This document shows, piece after piece, positions 53,530-63,807 of a DNA stretch of 64,000 nt. The notes beneath the pieces were generated by a model. The model searched no databases. It was not told the DNA's origin and was given only the letters and a program-made list of their open reading frames with translations. This DNA is from an uncultured Actinomycetes bacterium (GTDB taxonomy: Bacteria > Actinomycetota > Thermoleophilia > UBA2241), in the NCBI GenBank assembly GCA_963725665.1, contig CAVRZA010000011.1, positions 553,914 through 617,913 of the forward strand, in the 5' to 3' direction. Positions within the stretch are counted from its first letter, which is position 1; every line of letters starts with the position of its first letter. The position numbers and the translations under genes are program-made.

Positions 53530-54711
53530 TCAGGGGACAAGCTCGTAGACGCTGCCTGAGAGCGAGACCAGGTAGAGCTCGCCCGAGGCGTCGCGGCCGA
53601 AAGACGAGATCTGCGTCACCTGCCGCGAGACGGGAGCCTCCGCGACGCGGCCGCCGGGCCCCTTCATCATCCAGACTCGCCCGGAGCAGAAATCGGCGAA
53701 GAGGTAGTAGCCCGCCAGGGAGGGGATGGCGTTGCCGCGATAGACGTAGCCTCCGGTCACAGCGCAACCCTGGGTGTGCGCGTACTCGAACACCGGGAAC
53801 TTGAGTCGCGCACGGTCTATCGGCTGCTGCTTGTAGACGTGATCGCCCTCGTAGTAGCTCCAGCCGAAGTTGGCGCCCGGCGGTGTGCCGGCCTTGAGGA
53901 AGTCGACCTCCTCCCATCTGTCCTGGCCCACGTCGCCGATCCACAGGTCGCCGTTCGCCGGGTCGAACGAGAAGCGCCAGGGGTTGCGCAGGCCGTAGGC
54001 GTACGTGTCGACGCGGGTCGGGGAGCCCCCGACGTCGAGGCGCAGGATCTTGGCCAGACGCACGCGCAGGTTCTGCCCGTAGTCGTGGGGGTCGCCCTCG
54101 CTGCCGCCGTCGCCAAGCCCTACGTAGAGCCTGCCGTCGGGTCCGAACTGGAGCTGCCCGCCGTTGTGGTTCGCGTAAGGCTGGTCCACGGTGAGGATCA
54201 CCTTGCGCGTCGCGGGGTCGATACGGTCGGGCTCGCTCTGGCTCGCGGTGTAGCGCGCCACCACGGTGTCACCGGCGACGTCCGTGTAGTCCACGTAGAT
54301 GCGGCGGTCGGTCGCGTAGGTGGGGCTGAAGGCGAGCGAGAGGAGACCCTGCTCGGTCGCGGTACTCACCTCGGCAGTGAGGTCGAGGAAAGGCGTTGCG
54401 CGCAGGGTCCCGTCCCTGATGATGCGGATCGTGCCGCCCCTCTCGACGATGAACAGGCGGTGCGTGTCGCCCGGCGGAGAGGCGACGTAGACCGGCTGCG
54501 ACAGACCCTGCGCGACCGGCTTGAGCACGAACTCGGGCGAGGCGGCGGGGGCGGGCGCGGAGGACACGGGCGAAGTGGTTCCCGCCGCCGGCGAGGATGA
54601 CTGCGCGCTGGAGGGGCTTCGTGCGGGCTGGCCGCAGGCGGAGACGAGGGCGGCCAGCGCGACCGCGGCCAGCAGACCCAGGCCAAGCCGACTGCGGCGG
54701 CGGTTCTTCAT
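53530..54711 (-). CDS. PQQ-dependent sugar (glucose/sorbosone) dehydrogenase-like lipoprotein
   Basis: Lipobox LVSAC. EQGLLSLAFSP, NHNGGQLQFGPDGRLYVGLGDGG, RNPWRFSFD. Confidence 0.8.
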   Translation of the reverse strand: MKNRRRSRLGLGLLAAVALAALVSACGQPARSPSSAQSSSPAAGTTSPVSSAPAPAASPEFVLKPVAQGLSQPVYVASPPGDTHRLFIVERGGTIRIIRDGTLRATPFLDLTAEVSTATEQGLLSLAFSPTYATDRRIYVDYTDVAGDTVVARYTASQSEPDRIDPATRKVILTVDQPYANHNGGQLQFGPDGRLYVGLGDGGSEGDPHDYGQNLRVRLAKILRLDVGGSPTRVDTYAYGLRNPWRFSFDPANGDLWIGDVGQDRWEEVDFLKAGTPPGANFGWSYYEGDHVYKQQPIDRARLKFPVFEYAHTQGCAVTGGYVYRGNAIPSLAGYYLFADFCSGRVWMMKGPGGRVAEAPVSRQVTQISSFGRDASGELYLVSLSGSVYELVP

Positions 54712-54760
54712 CGGGCGCCGGCGAGAGTTCTCAGTGCACGTGCGCCGAGAGTCCGAGCCG

Positions 54761-55006
54761 TCAAAGCTCCGCCGGCGCCTCGTACTCGAGGTCGTCGTCT
54801 TCGGCGCTGGCGATGAGTTCCTTGGCGAGCGCCAGGTCCTCGCGGGGCACAAGCACGTCGATCTCTCCGATCCCGGCCACGCCGGGGTAGACCGACTGCA
54901 CACCGCCGTCGCGCAGGACGACGTCGATGCCGGCCGACTCGAGCATGCCCTTGATGATCGACGCGAGCCCGATGTCGGGTGCTGTGGTGGCTACGCTGAG
55001 ATCCAT
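54761..55006 (-). CDS. DUF2007-like small protein
   Basis: 81 aa. ...ASIIKGMLESAGIDVVLRDG...VLVPREDLALAKELI. Confidence 0.6.
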   Translation of the reverse strand: MDLSVATTAPDIGLASIIKGMLESAGIDVVLRDGGVQSVYPGVAGIGEIDVLVPREDLALAKELIASAEDDDLEYEAPAEL

Positions 55007-55180
55007 ACTCCACCCCCGTCTGTCGTTCGTCGCCGCACGCTCTCCGGCGTCGTGCCCTTTCGCCTCCAGTATACCGCCGCTCCCCGTGAGTACCCGCCGA
55101 GAGCGGCAGGCACTCCTCGACGTTTGCCTCCTGGTCGTCCATACCGCAGCGGTGCCCCTCGGCGGCCAGGCCGGAAGCTT

Positions 55181-56026
55181 TCAGTGCCTCATGCTGCGCA
55201 GCAGCTCCATGTTCTGCTCATCAGGTCCGTGGCCGTCGAAGCCGGGGACCTCGGTGATGCCGGGAAGGTCGTCGAACGCCGGATGGTTCACGATCGTGGC
55301 CATCGACGCGAGCCCGAGCCGGCCCTCGCCGATGTTCTCGTGCCGGTCCACGTTCGAGGCGAGCGGCGTCTTGGAGTCGTTCAAGTGGAGCATGACGAGG
55401 CGCTCGAGGCCGGCGGCCGCGTCGAGCGCCTCGAGCGCCTCGTCGAGCCCCGCGCGCGTGGCGATGTCGTAGCCGGCCTCGTAGAGGTGCGCCGTGTCGA
55501 GACAGAGGCCGAGCTTGGGGTCGCGGCCTACGCAGTCGATGATGGCTGCCAGGTCCTCGAAGGTGCGCCCCATGGTGCCGCCGGCGCCGGCCGTGTTCTC
55601 GAGCAGAACGCGCACGTTCGAGTCGGCGCACTCCTCGAGTGCCTTGCCGAGGGCGTCAGCCACCCGCGTGAGCCCGTCGTCGAAGCCCGATCCCTGGTGG
55701 GAGCCGACGTGGGTGACGATCGCCTCCGCCCCGAGCTGCTCGGCGGCCACGACCGCGCCCACGAGCGACTCCACCGACTTGCGGTAGAAGTCCTCGTTCG
55801 ACGTCGCCAGGTTGATCAGGTAGATGGTGTGGATGACGAGGAAGCGGATGGCGGACGCGCCGCGCTCCTCACGGAAGCGCGCCGCGTCCGCCTCCTTGTA
55901 GAGCATCGGCTTCCAGGTGCGAGGACTGCCGGCGAAGAACTGGATCGCCTCGGCGCCGAGGCGCCGGCCGTTGTCGATAGCGCTCCACACGCCGCCGCTG
56001 GCCCGAACGTGCGCTCCCAGGTACAT
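55181..56026 (-). CDS. nfo: Deoxyribonuclease IV (endonuclease IV)
   Basis: MYLGAHVRASGG..., HGSY-like THVGSH, CLDTAH, HLNDSK. AAGGAG lies 6 nt before ATG 56026. Confidence 0.9.
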   Translation of the reverse strand: MYLGAHVRASGGVWSAIDNGRRLGAEAIQFFAGSPRTWKPMLYKEADAARFREERGASAIRFLVIHTIYLINLATSNEDFYRKSVESLVGAVVAAEQLGAEAIVTHVGSHQGSGFDDGLTRVADALGKALEECADSNVRVLLENTAGAGGTMGRTFEDLAAIIDCVGRDPKLGLCLDTAHLYEAGYDIATRAGLDEALEALDAAAGLERLVMLHLNDSKTPLASNVDRHENIGEGRLGLASMATIVNHPAFDDLPGITEVPGFDGHGPDEQNMELLRSMRH

Positions 56027-56131
56027 GGTCGTCTCCTTGTGCCGTGACACGGCCAGTGTACCTTGGGGAACGACAGCGCTTCACGACTCGCCCCGTCGGC
56101 GACGGAGCTCGCAATCGGGGGACGTGATCGA

Positions 56132-58003
56132 CTAGTCGGCCGGCGAACTAGCGGACGGCGTGGGGCTGGCCGATGGCTCGCCGTCGGAGCTGAGGCGATA
56201 GAGCGTCACGATGCCGGTGCGCGAGGGCGCTTTGCCCCCGACCAGGATCCGCCCCGCGTCTGCGACACGAAGGAGCAGTCCGGGCGCTGCCGCGCGCTCG
56301 CCCAGACGCACCGCGTCCTTCTGCGCGAGGTCGAACGCCCACAGCGCGCCGTCCGCCCCCTCGTAGAGCAGGTACCCGTCGGCGAACCAGGGTGAGGACA
56401 GTCCGCCCCCGAGAAGGTAACGGTTTCCGGCGGGATCGCGGGCGATGAGTGATCCGCTCGCACTCTCATCTGCCGCTGTGCTCGTGCTCTGGATCCAGGC
56501 CATCCAACCGGCCTCGGCGGCGAAGGCGGCGACCGTGCCGCGCGGGGCCAGTACGACGCGCACCTTGGAGAGCCGCCTGCCCGTCTGCAGGTCGAGGTTG
56601 ACGAAGCTGTGCGACGAGCTCCGCCAGAGCACGACCTCATCGTCGTCGACAGTGAAGACGGGGCGATCCACCGACCTGGCGAGGGTCGTGAGGCGCCCGT
56701 TCGAGAGGTCGGCGCTCATCAGCGCCCAGACCGGGCGTGGCCGTGCTGTGGTGACCGTCGCGGATCCCTCGGAGGCAGTCGGCTCGGAGACGCTCCCCTT
56801 CGCGGTCGCGGCCGGCGCCGGTGTCTCCGACAACGAGGCCGGAGAGGCGGCAGCGCCCCCTTCTGCGGCCCCCTCCGTCGGCGTAGCAGTCACGGTCGGC
56901 GTTGGCGACGGGGACGCACTGGGTGCGGTGGACGGCGTCGTGCTCGTCGTGGCTGACGGCTCTGGCGAGGGCGTGACCGCCGTGGCGGTCGGCGCCGGCG
57001 ACGGCGAGGCCGGCGGCGGCTGCGACGAGGCGGCGGAGGGCGCGTCGTAGACGACGCGCTCCCCACTGACCGCGAACGTGAACGGCCCGGCGGCCTTGAG
57101 GGCTGCCGTCGGCGCGGCGCGGCGCTGCGCGACGAGCCGCGCCTGTCCGAGGGCGGGCCCGTCGAGGATGCGGGACGCGTAGAGCCCGTAGGCGGGGCCG
57201 TCAGAGGTCGAGCCGCTCTCCTGCCAGACGACCCAGTTGTCGGAGACGCGCACGCCGTCGATCTTCCACCCCGACCGGGCGTGGGCCGGCCGCGTCACCA
57301 GGCGGCTGACCTTGCCGCTCGCGAAATCGAGGACCGCCAGCGACTTGGTGGCGGCCGGTTTGGCGGTGGCGGGTGTGGCGAGCACGGCAAAGCGGTCGCT
57401 GTAGTCGCGCACCGCCAGATGGCGCGGGATGCGGTACTGCAACAGGGCGACCTCGGGGACGTCGCGGGTGGCGGCGACCGGGGTCGCGGATGGCCCCGTC
57501 CGACCCGATCGCGTCGCCAAGATCGCACCGACCGTGGCCACGACGGCGATCGAGGCGGCGACGGCGGCGACGCGCAGCCAGGTGCGCGCGCCGCGGCGGC
57601 GGGCGGCGCGCGCGAGCAGCGAGGCGACCACGCCCTCCTGCTCGCGCGCACCGCCCGCCGCCGCGATGTTGGCCACGAGACGGTTGTAGAAGCCCTCACT
57701 AAGCTCGGGGACGGGCAGTCGTGCGAGCTCTTCGCCGAGCGCCGCGTCGCGCGCCTCGACGGGAGTGGCCTCAGGCACAGCGCCCAGCGCGGCGGCGCTC
57801 GTTTCGTCGGTCGTCTCAGCCTCGGCAGAGGCCAACCGCTCGCGTCCCCCGGCGTCGGCCGCGATGTTGGCCACGAGACGGTTGTAGAAGCCCTCACTAA
57901 GCTCGGGGACGGGCAGCGCGTCGAGCGCCTCGGCGAGGCGCAGATCGCGCTGCCCGTCGCGCTCCAGGCGCTCGCGGCCCATCTCGTCGTCTCTCTCGCT
58001 CAC
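56132..58003 (-). CDS. Anti-sigma factor-like membrane protein with duplicated N-terminal module and large extracytoplasmic domain
   Basis: The start overlaps the sigma gene stop (GTGA). A single TM segment (WLRVAAVAASIAVVATVGAILA), a Pro/Ser/Thr linker, and a repeat-rich C-terminal domain. Confidence 0.7.
   Translation of the reverse strand: MSERDDEMGRERLERDGQRDLRLAEALDALPVPELSEGFYNRLVANIAADAGGRERLASAEAETTDETSAAALGAVPEATPVEARDAALGEELARLPVPELSEGFYNRLVANIAAAGGAREQEGVVASLLARAARRRGARTWLRVAAVAASIAVVATVGAILATRSGRTGPSATPVAATRDVPEVALLQYRIPRHLAVRDYSDRFAVLATPATAKPAATKSLAVLDFASGKVSRLVTRPAHARSGWKIDGVRVSDNWVVWQESGSTSDGPAYGLYASRILDGPALGQARLVAQRRAAPTAALKAAGPFTFAVSGERVVYDAPSAASSQPPPASPSPAPTATAVTPSPEPSATTSTTPSTAPSASPSPTPTVTATPTEGAAEGGAAASPASLSETPAPAATAKGSVSEPTASEGSATVTTARPRPVWALMSADLSNGRLTTLARSVDRPVFTVDDDEVVLWRSSSHSFVNLDLQTGRRLSKVRVVLAPRGTVAAFAAEAGWMAWIQSTSTAADESASGSLIARDPAGNRYLLGGGLSSPWFADGYLLYEGADGALWAFDLAQKDAVRLGERAAAPGLLLRVADAGRILVGGKAPSRTGIVTLYRLSSDGEPSASPTPSASSPAD
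57660..57916. repeat. Two identical 59-bp direct repeats 198 bp apart (57660-57718 and 57858-57916)
   Basis: Both read gccgcgatgttggccacgagacggttgtagaagccctcactaagctcggggacgggcag. They encode LPVPELSEGFYNRLVANIAA twice. Confidence 0.9.
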
Positions 58004-58653
58004 GGCTCGTCGCTCCTGGTCGTCGTGCGCGTCGAGGTGGTGTAGTCGGCAGCCTGCAAGGTCGCGCGCAGGGTGGCGCGCGCGTGCGAGAGGCGCGAGC
58101 CGACGGTGCCGGCCGGGATCCCCAGGACCTCTCCGGCGGTGTCGTAGTCGAGGCCCTCCTGATCGACGAGGAAGACCACCACACGCTGGTCGGGCGGCAG
58201 CGTCGCAAGGGCGGCGGCCAGATCGTTGCGCGCGGAGATCACATCGGCCGTGTCGGGCACGTGCTCGTCGGGCTCGGGGAGCTCACCGTCGATCGAGAGG
58301 AGCTCGCGGCGCTGCTTGTGAAGCTGAGTGACGCACGTGGTGAAGACGATGCGACACAACCACGTGCCGAGGGCGGCGTCACCGCGGAAGCTGGGGAGTG
58401 CGCGGTAGGCCTTCAGGAAGGCTTCTTGGAGGGCGTCCTCCATGGCCTCTTGGCTACCGACGACGCGGTAGGCGATCACGCGCAAGCGGTACTCGTAGTG
58501 ACGGACGATGGCGGCGAAGGCTTCGGCGTCGCCGCGCTGCGCGGCGGCGACGATGGTGGGACTGATCTCGCCGGATCGCTCGCCCACGCGCACTCTCCGC
58601 ACGTAGCTCCTGCCGTGACGCCCGAGCGGCGCCGAGGCGACCGCCTCCATCAT
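58000..58653 (-). CDS. ECF-type RNA polymerase sigma factor
   Basis: Region 2 (DALQEAFLKAYRAL) and region 4 (LDYDTAGEVLGIPAGTVGSRLSHAR). The true start may lie downstream of 58653. Confidence 0.85.
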   Translation of the reverse strand: MMEAVASAPLGRHGRSYVRRVRVGERSGEISPTIVAAAQRGDAEAFAAIVRHYEYRLRVIAYRVVGSQEAMEDALQEAFLKAYRALPSFRGDAALGTWLCRIVFTTCVTQLHKQRRELLSIDGELPEPDEHVPDTADVISARNDLAAALATLPPDQRVVVFLVDQEGLDYDTAGEVLGIPAGTVGSRLSHARATLRATLQAADYTTSTRTTTRSDEP

Positions 58654-58796
58654 CCTCCCTCTTCAGCCTCGGCGCCACCAGCCGCAGGCACCCCACGAAC
58701 GGGTTCCCGCCGCCTCGATGTCACGACCCGCGGGAACAACGAGGGTTAGACAACGCGAGGGAGGAGATCCTTCGCCGACCCGGTCACGGAGCGACC

Positions 58797-59114
58797 ATGA
58801 GTGACGAGAGCCGAAAGCCGGACTTCAAGACCGAGTCCCAGGGCTTCGACGAAGAGAACCGCGGCCTGCACGAGTGCATGCAGTGCGGCGCGAGCATATC
58901 GGCCAGCTCCGAGTTCTGCCGCCTGTGTGGCGCCGAGCTGAGCGGCGGCGGCTGGGAGGCGGGAGCCTCGTCTAGGCGGAGAGCACCCGGGTCCACGAAC
59001 CTGCCGCCTGGGTCGTCGCCGCCCAAGCCTCCTCTCGACGAAGACACGGTGCCGTATCGAGTCCTTCCCGTCGGCCTTCGCCTGGTACATGAGCTGGTCC
59101 GCCTGGTCGATTAG
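58797..59114 (+). CDS. Small zinc-ribbon protein; 3' end uncertain
   Basis: GGAG lies 6 nt upstream. MSDESRKPDFKTESQGFDEENRGLHECMQCGASISASSEFCRLCGAEL... The last ~25 codons are antisense to the GGDEF domain. Confidence 0.5.
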   Translation: MSDESRKPDFKTESQGFDEENRGLHECMQCGASISASSEFCRLCGAELSGGGWEAGASSRRRAPGSTNLPPGSSPPKPPLDEDTVPYRVLPVGLRLVHELVRLVD

Positions 59115-59919
59115 CTCGTCGACGGAGGCTGGCGGCCGCTCGAAGGTCGCGAGCCCGATGCAGCATGTCATGGGGTAGCTGGTTTGCCCCGCGGCCTTTT
59201 GAAAGGCCTCGTGACTCGTCGCATGACAGGCGCCGCATCGACTCGCCCCCGTCTCCGGCATGAGGATGGCGAACTCGTCGCCACCGAGACGGGCGACTGT
59301 GTCGACCGACCTGACCGTCGCCCGAGCCACGCTCGCCATCGCCTGCAGCACGCGGTCTCCTTCGGCGTGACCGCGAAGGTCGTTGACGAGCTTGAAGTCG
59401 TCGATGTCGATGTAGGCGAGCGATAGATGCGTGACCATAGCGGCGACTGCGCTCGATCTCTCCGGCGACACAGGCTGCGAAAGGCACGCGAGTTCGCCAG
59501 ACCGGTCAGGTCGTCCGTGAGGGCCAGCTCCTTCTGCTGCGCTACGAGCATCTGGACTCTCTCGATCAGGTACAGGACCACGCAGAAGAGCGCCAGCCGC
59601 ACCAGGGCGTTCCACGAGGCGACGAGTGCGGACTGGTGCCTGAAATGGGCCTCGTAGGCCTCGGCGGGCACGGTCGCGACGGCCGCCACAGCGACGATGA
59701 ATCCGTACATCGTCGAGCGAGTCAGCCAGGCGACCATGATGACGGGAAGTAGGTAGATGACCGACAGCGACACCTCGTACCGGTGGCGAAGTCCGCCCAG
59801 GCGATGGCGGCTACCATGGCAAGCCCAAAGAGGAGGATGCCCTTGCGGGGCAGCTCGCCCAAGTGTTGCGCCAGATCGCCCATCCGAAGCCGAGGCGCCG
59901 GTTTCGAGAGCGCGTTCAT
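59040..59919 (-). pseudogene. Membrane-anchored diguanylate cyclase (GGDEF); at least 3 frame breaks; 3' end unresolved
   Basis: Pieces: MNALSK...GILLFGLAMVAAIAWADFATG / SLSVIYLLPVIMVAWL...DDLTGLANSRAF / EIERSRRYGH / LSLAYIDIDDFKLVNDLRGHAEGD...RLGGDEFAIL...YQAKADGKD. Confidence 0.7.
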
Positions 59920-60012
59920 GTGCCCGGGTATCGGCGGGCGACGAGGGCGCTTGAGGGGAAGTGTTCGTTAGAGAGGTGCGGCCTCAGGGACCGCCAGACG
60001 GGGCGTATGAAG

Positions 60013-60088
60013 TGGTGCCCCCAACGGAATTCGAATCCGTGCTGCCGGCTTGAAAGGCCGGTGTCCTAGGCCGCTAGACGATGGGGGC
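60013..60088 (-). tRNA. tRNA-Glu (anticodon UUC), CCA encoded
   Basis: GCCCCCATCGTCTAGCGGCCTAGGACACCGGCCTTTCAAGCCGGCAGCACGGATTCGAATTCCGTTGGGGGCACCA folds as a cloverleaf. Confidence 0.9.
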
Positions 60089-60301
60089 ACGCGCTGACTC
60101 AGGCAGGGAGTATACCCGACGGCAGGGCCGCTGCTCGACGCGGGCGGTGGGCCATGCGCGGCGCCCTTTCGGCTGCGCCAGCTCCGGCGCTGCTTGTCGG
60201 CCGCGCCGCGCGCCGATAGCCTGCCATCGACAAGGTGGTGCATCGTTCTGTGACCCTATGTGTGCGCGGCGACACGCACGCGGCGACGGAGGAGACGGAG
60301 C

Positions 60302-61713
60302 ATGACGGAGGGCTCGACAGCGGAGAGTGCGCGCGGCCGCGGCGGCGAGCGCCGCGGCAGCCAAGACGTCGCGCGGATGCGCGAGCGGGTCGCCGCGGTG
60401 CTCCCCGCCGTGCGCCGCGACCTGGAGCGTCTGGTACGCATCCCGTCGATCGCCTTCGAGGGCTATCCGCAAGAGCCGGTACGCGGGCGGCCGCGGCGGT
60501 GGCGGAGCTGGTCGCCGCGGCCGGCATACCCGGTGTCGAGCTGCGTGAGGTCGCGCCCGACCCGCCGATGGTCTACGGCGTCAAGGAGGGACCGCCCGGA
60601 GCGCCCACGGTGCTCCTCTACGCGCACTACGACGTGCAGCCGGCCGGTGATGAACGCGACTGGAAGAGCGATCCGTTCGAGCCGGTCGAGCGCGAGGGGC
60701 GTCTGTACGGGCGCGGAGCGGCCGACGACAAGGGCGGCATAGCCGCCCACCTCGGCGCGCTCCGCGCCTTGGGCGACGAGCTCGGGGTCGGCGTCAAGGT
60801 GCTCATCGAGGGAGCGGAGGAGGCCGGCTCGGCAGGTCTCGACCGGCTTCTGTGCGAGCACCCCGAGCTCGTCGCAGCCGACGCCATCGTCGTCTGCGAC
60901 CTGGGCAACGAGAGGCTCGGCGAGCCCACGATGACGACGTCGCTGCGCGGTATAGCCGTGCTCGACGTCGAGGTGGCGACGCTCGCCGAGCCGACCCACA
61001 GCGGCTCGGGGGGCGCCGCTCCCGACGCTCTCATGGCCCTCATCCGTCTGCTCGACACACTCCTCGATGAGGAGGGTGACGTCGCCGTGCAAGGGCTCGC
61101 GCGCGTGCCGTATCGTGGCGTCGAGATCCCGGAAGAGAAGTACCGTGCCGACGTGGGCGTGCTCCCGGGAGTCGATCTCATCGGGAGCGGGAGTGTCGGC
61201 GACCGGGTCGCCGGCGGTCCGGCGATCAGCGTGATCGGCATGGAGACGCCCGACATCCGCAGCGCGCGCAACATCATCATTCCCGTCGCCCGTGCTCGCG
61301 TGAGCGTACGTCTCGCGCCGACGCAGGACCCCGCCGAGGCGCGAGCGCTCGTCGCGCGCCACCTCGAGGAGCACGTCCCCTGGCACGTCGGGCTCACAGT
61401 CACGGAGGGTGAGATCGGCCGAGGCTACCTGGCCGCCAGCGGCGGGCGCGTCCACGACCTGGCGCTGCGGTCGCTACAAGACGCCTACGACCGTCCGGTG
61501 AGCGAGGTCGGCGAGGGGGGATCGATCCCGCTCGTGGCGGGGTTCAACGAGGCTGCTCCCCAGGCCGAGATCGTGCTCATCGGTGTTGCCGACCCCGCCT
61601 CGCGGGCCCACGCCGCGAACGAAAGCCTTGATCTCGGCGAGCTCGAGCGCACGACCGTTGCCGAGGCCTTGATCCTGCAGCGGCTCGCCGAAGCGAGCGA
61701 CATCGACACGTGA
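60302..61713 (+). pseudogene. M20-family dipeptidase/peptidase; one frame break at about 60482
   Basis: The N-terminus ...LERLVRIPSIAFEGYPQEPV runs in the frame of track ORF 60260... It continues AAAAVAELV...LLYAHYDVQPAG...GRGAADDKGG...EGAEEAGS in ORF 60235..61713. Confidence 0.8.
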
Positions 61714-61799
61714 CTCGAGCGACCCGCACACAGGGGCACAACGACGGCGACATCTGAGCGCCGACACCCCACCGACGAGCGACCCCGGGAGGTCCCGCA

Positions 61800-62906
61800 G
61801 TGAAGTACGTCCGCATGGCGATGGAGGAGGAATCGCCGGAGCAGTTCGGCTATGAGCGCATCAAGTACAACCTGTCGGAGAGCTCCGTGCGCGACCGGTC
61901 GTTGGGGGAGCTCGGCATCGACCTCGATGATCTGGTGCTCTTCTACGGCGACCACGAGGGGCACCCGGGCCTGCGCGAGATCGTCGCGGCCGCGAGTGGC
62001 GTCGACGAGCACGAGGTGCTCGTCACCGCCGGCGCGGCCGCCGCTCTCTTCATCATCGCCACGACGCTGCTCGGCAAGGGCGACCACCTCGTCGTGTTGC
62101 GTCCGAACTACGCCACCAACATCGAGACGCCGCGCGCCATCGAGGCGGACATCACATGCATCGACCTCAGCTTCGACGACGGCTTCACGATCGACGTCGA
62201 CCGCATCGTCGCCGAGATCACGCCGCGCACGAAATACGTGAGTGTCACCGTGCCGCACAACCCCACCGGCCAGATGGTCACGGAGACCGACCTGCGTCGT
62301 CTGGTGGCCGCTGTGGAGAGCGCCGGCTGCCGTCTTCTCGTCGACGAGACCTACAGGGAGATGACCTTCGGCGAGCCGCTGCCCGCGGCGGCGTCGCTGA
62401 GCACGCGGGCCGTCAGCGTCTCCTCGCTCTCGAAGACGTACGGCATCCCCGGCATCCGCATCGGTTGGCTCCTCTGCAAGGATCCCGACCTCATGCGCAC
62501 GTTCCTCGCGGCGAAAGAGCAGATCGGCATCTGTGGCAGCGTCGTCGATGAGGAGATCGCCTATCAGGCTCTGCGCCAACGGGACGTGTGGCTGCCAGAG
62601 CTCAATGCGCGCATCGAGAGTGCGCTGGGCGTCGTGCGCGAATGGATCGCGCACGAGGACCGGATGGAGTGGGTCGAGCCGCGCGGCGGCGTCGTGAGCT
62701 TCCCGCGCGTCAGGCCCGATGCCGGTGTCGATCTCGACGAGTTCTACCGTGTGCTGACCGATGAATACGGGACGTACGTGGGGCCAGGACATTGGTTCGA
62801 GCAACCGCGCGCCCATATGCGCGTGGGGTTCGGCTGGCCGACGCTCGACGAGTTAAGTGGGGGTCTCGCGGGAATCTCCGCGGCGCTGCAGGCCGCAGCT
62901 CGGTAG
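61800..62906 (+). CDS. PLP-dependent aminotransferase class I/II (paralog of 4532..5692)
   Basis: VPHNPTGQ and SLSKTYGIPGIRIGW. The start could be GTG 61800 or ATG 61815. Confidence 0.9.
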   Translation: MKYVRMAMEEESPEQFGYERIKYNLSESSVRDRSLGELGIDLDDLVLFYGDHEGHPGLREIVAAASGVDEHEVLVTAGAAAALFIIATTLLGKGDHLVVLRPNYATNIETPRAIEADITCIDLSFDDGFTIDVDRIVAEITPRTKYVSVTVPHNPTGQMVTETDLRRLVAAVESAGCRLLVDETYREMTFGEPLPAAASLSTRAVSVSSLSKTYGIPGIRIGWLLCKDPDLMRTFLAAKEQIGICGSVVDEEIAYQALRQRDVWLPELNARIESALGVVREWIAHEDRMEWVEPRGGVVSFPRVRPDAGVDLDEFYRVLTDEYGTYVGPGHWFEQPRAHMRVGFGWPTLDELSGGLAGISAALQAAAR

Positions 62907-63027
62907 CCGCCCGGCCGACCGGCGGTGAGTCATGGGTGATCGGGAGGTGCGTCGCGCCGGCGGCGCGCATCGGTGGCGCTGAGTGCGTGACCGATCAGAT
63001 GTGGTCTACCGTCGCTGTCGTCGGTAG

Positions 63028-63225
63028 CTACAGTCTCGGCGCGTAGCCGTTCCCGCCGGCAAGCTTCTTGAGCGCCTCACGATGTCTCGTCAACTCCGAG
63101 ATGAGTCGCTCGATCTCGAGCGTGCCCTCAGGATCGTCGGTCAGTCTGCACCTGAGCCGCTCGAGATCGTCAAGCAGGCGGTCGGTCCCGACGATAGGCG
63201 CATGGTCGCCTTCCCACACTTCCAC
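63028..63225 (-). CDS. Small coiled-coil protein (65 aa), unknown function
   Basis: AGGGGGG lies 5 nt before GTG 63225. MEVWEGDHAPIVGTDRLLDDLERLRCRLTDDPEGTLEIERLISELTRHREALKKL... The upstream part of the track ORF is junk. Confidence 0.4.
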   Translation of the reverse strand: MEVWEGDHAPIVGTDRLLDDLERLRCRLTDDPEGTLEIERLISELTRHREALKKLAGGNGYAPRL

Positions 63226-63666
63226 TCCGGCCCCCCTTTGGCCTGATGGCGGCCATTGTAGCTGTGCTTGCGCGTCTTCAGAAGGGCTGCGGCCGTTGTT
63301 CCGTAGCCAGGGTGGGAGACTCCGTAGTCGACGTACTAAATTCCTCGGTGAGAATCCCTGCTCAGGGCGAAGTGCATGGCCTCTTGGCGGCGCGTAGCGT
63401 CTCCGCGGGTGGACACGGTGGCGGCAGATGCCTCCCGTCAAGCGGCGGCTAGCGAGTGCGCCGAGTCCGGGTGTCTGCTGGCCGTGGACGGTGGGCCGCA
63501 CAAGGAGCCCTGACGACCGCGGGGCCGAAAGGGACGGCCGCGCTGCTCGCTTACGTCTGCAGGCGCATCAGCGTCGAGTCGTAGTAGATCGTCATGCGCA
63601 CGACTTGGCCGCCTCGCCCTCCATGACCGTCGCTCCCGGCAGGGCCAGCTCCACGCCGGTCGAGAA

Positions 63667-63697
63667 GGCCCGTCCTTGCCCTGAAGTCGGACGGGCC
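63667..63697 (-). terminator. 9-bp hairpin downstream of tRNA-Lys
   Basis: GGCCCGTCC-N13-GGACGGGCC. Confidence 0.35.
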
Positions 63698-63731
63698 GGC
63701 CGGGGGGTGCAAGGCTGCATGCAGGACCTTA

Positions 63732-63807
63732 TGGTGGGCCGCACAGGGATCGAACCTGTGACCTTGGGATTAAAAGTCCCCTGCTCTACCGACTGAGCTA
63801 GCGGCCC
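63732..63807 (-). tRNA. tRNA-Lys (anticodon UUU), CCA encoded
   Basis: GGGCCGCTAGCTCAGTCGGTAGAGCAGGGGACTTTTAATCCCAAGGTCACAGGTTCGATCCCTGTGCGGCCCACCA. Confidence 0.9.

Noticed and set aside
54521-56047. 508-aa plus-strand ORF
   Set aside because: It is antisense to the DUF2007 and nfo genes and contains no recognisable motif.
61485-62816. 443-aa minus-strand ORF
   Set aside because: It is antisense to the aminotransferase (NPTG and SKT motifs on the plus strand).
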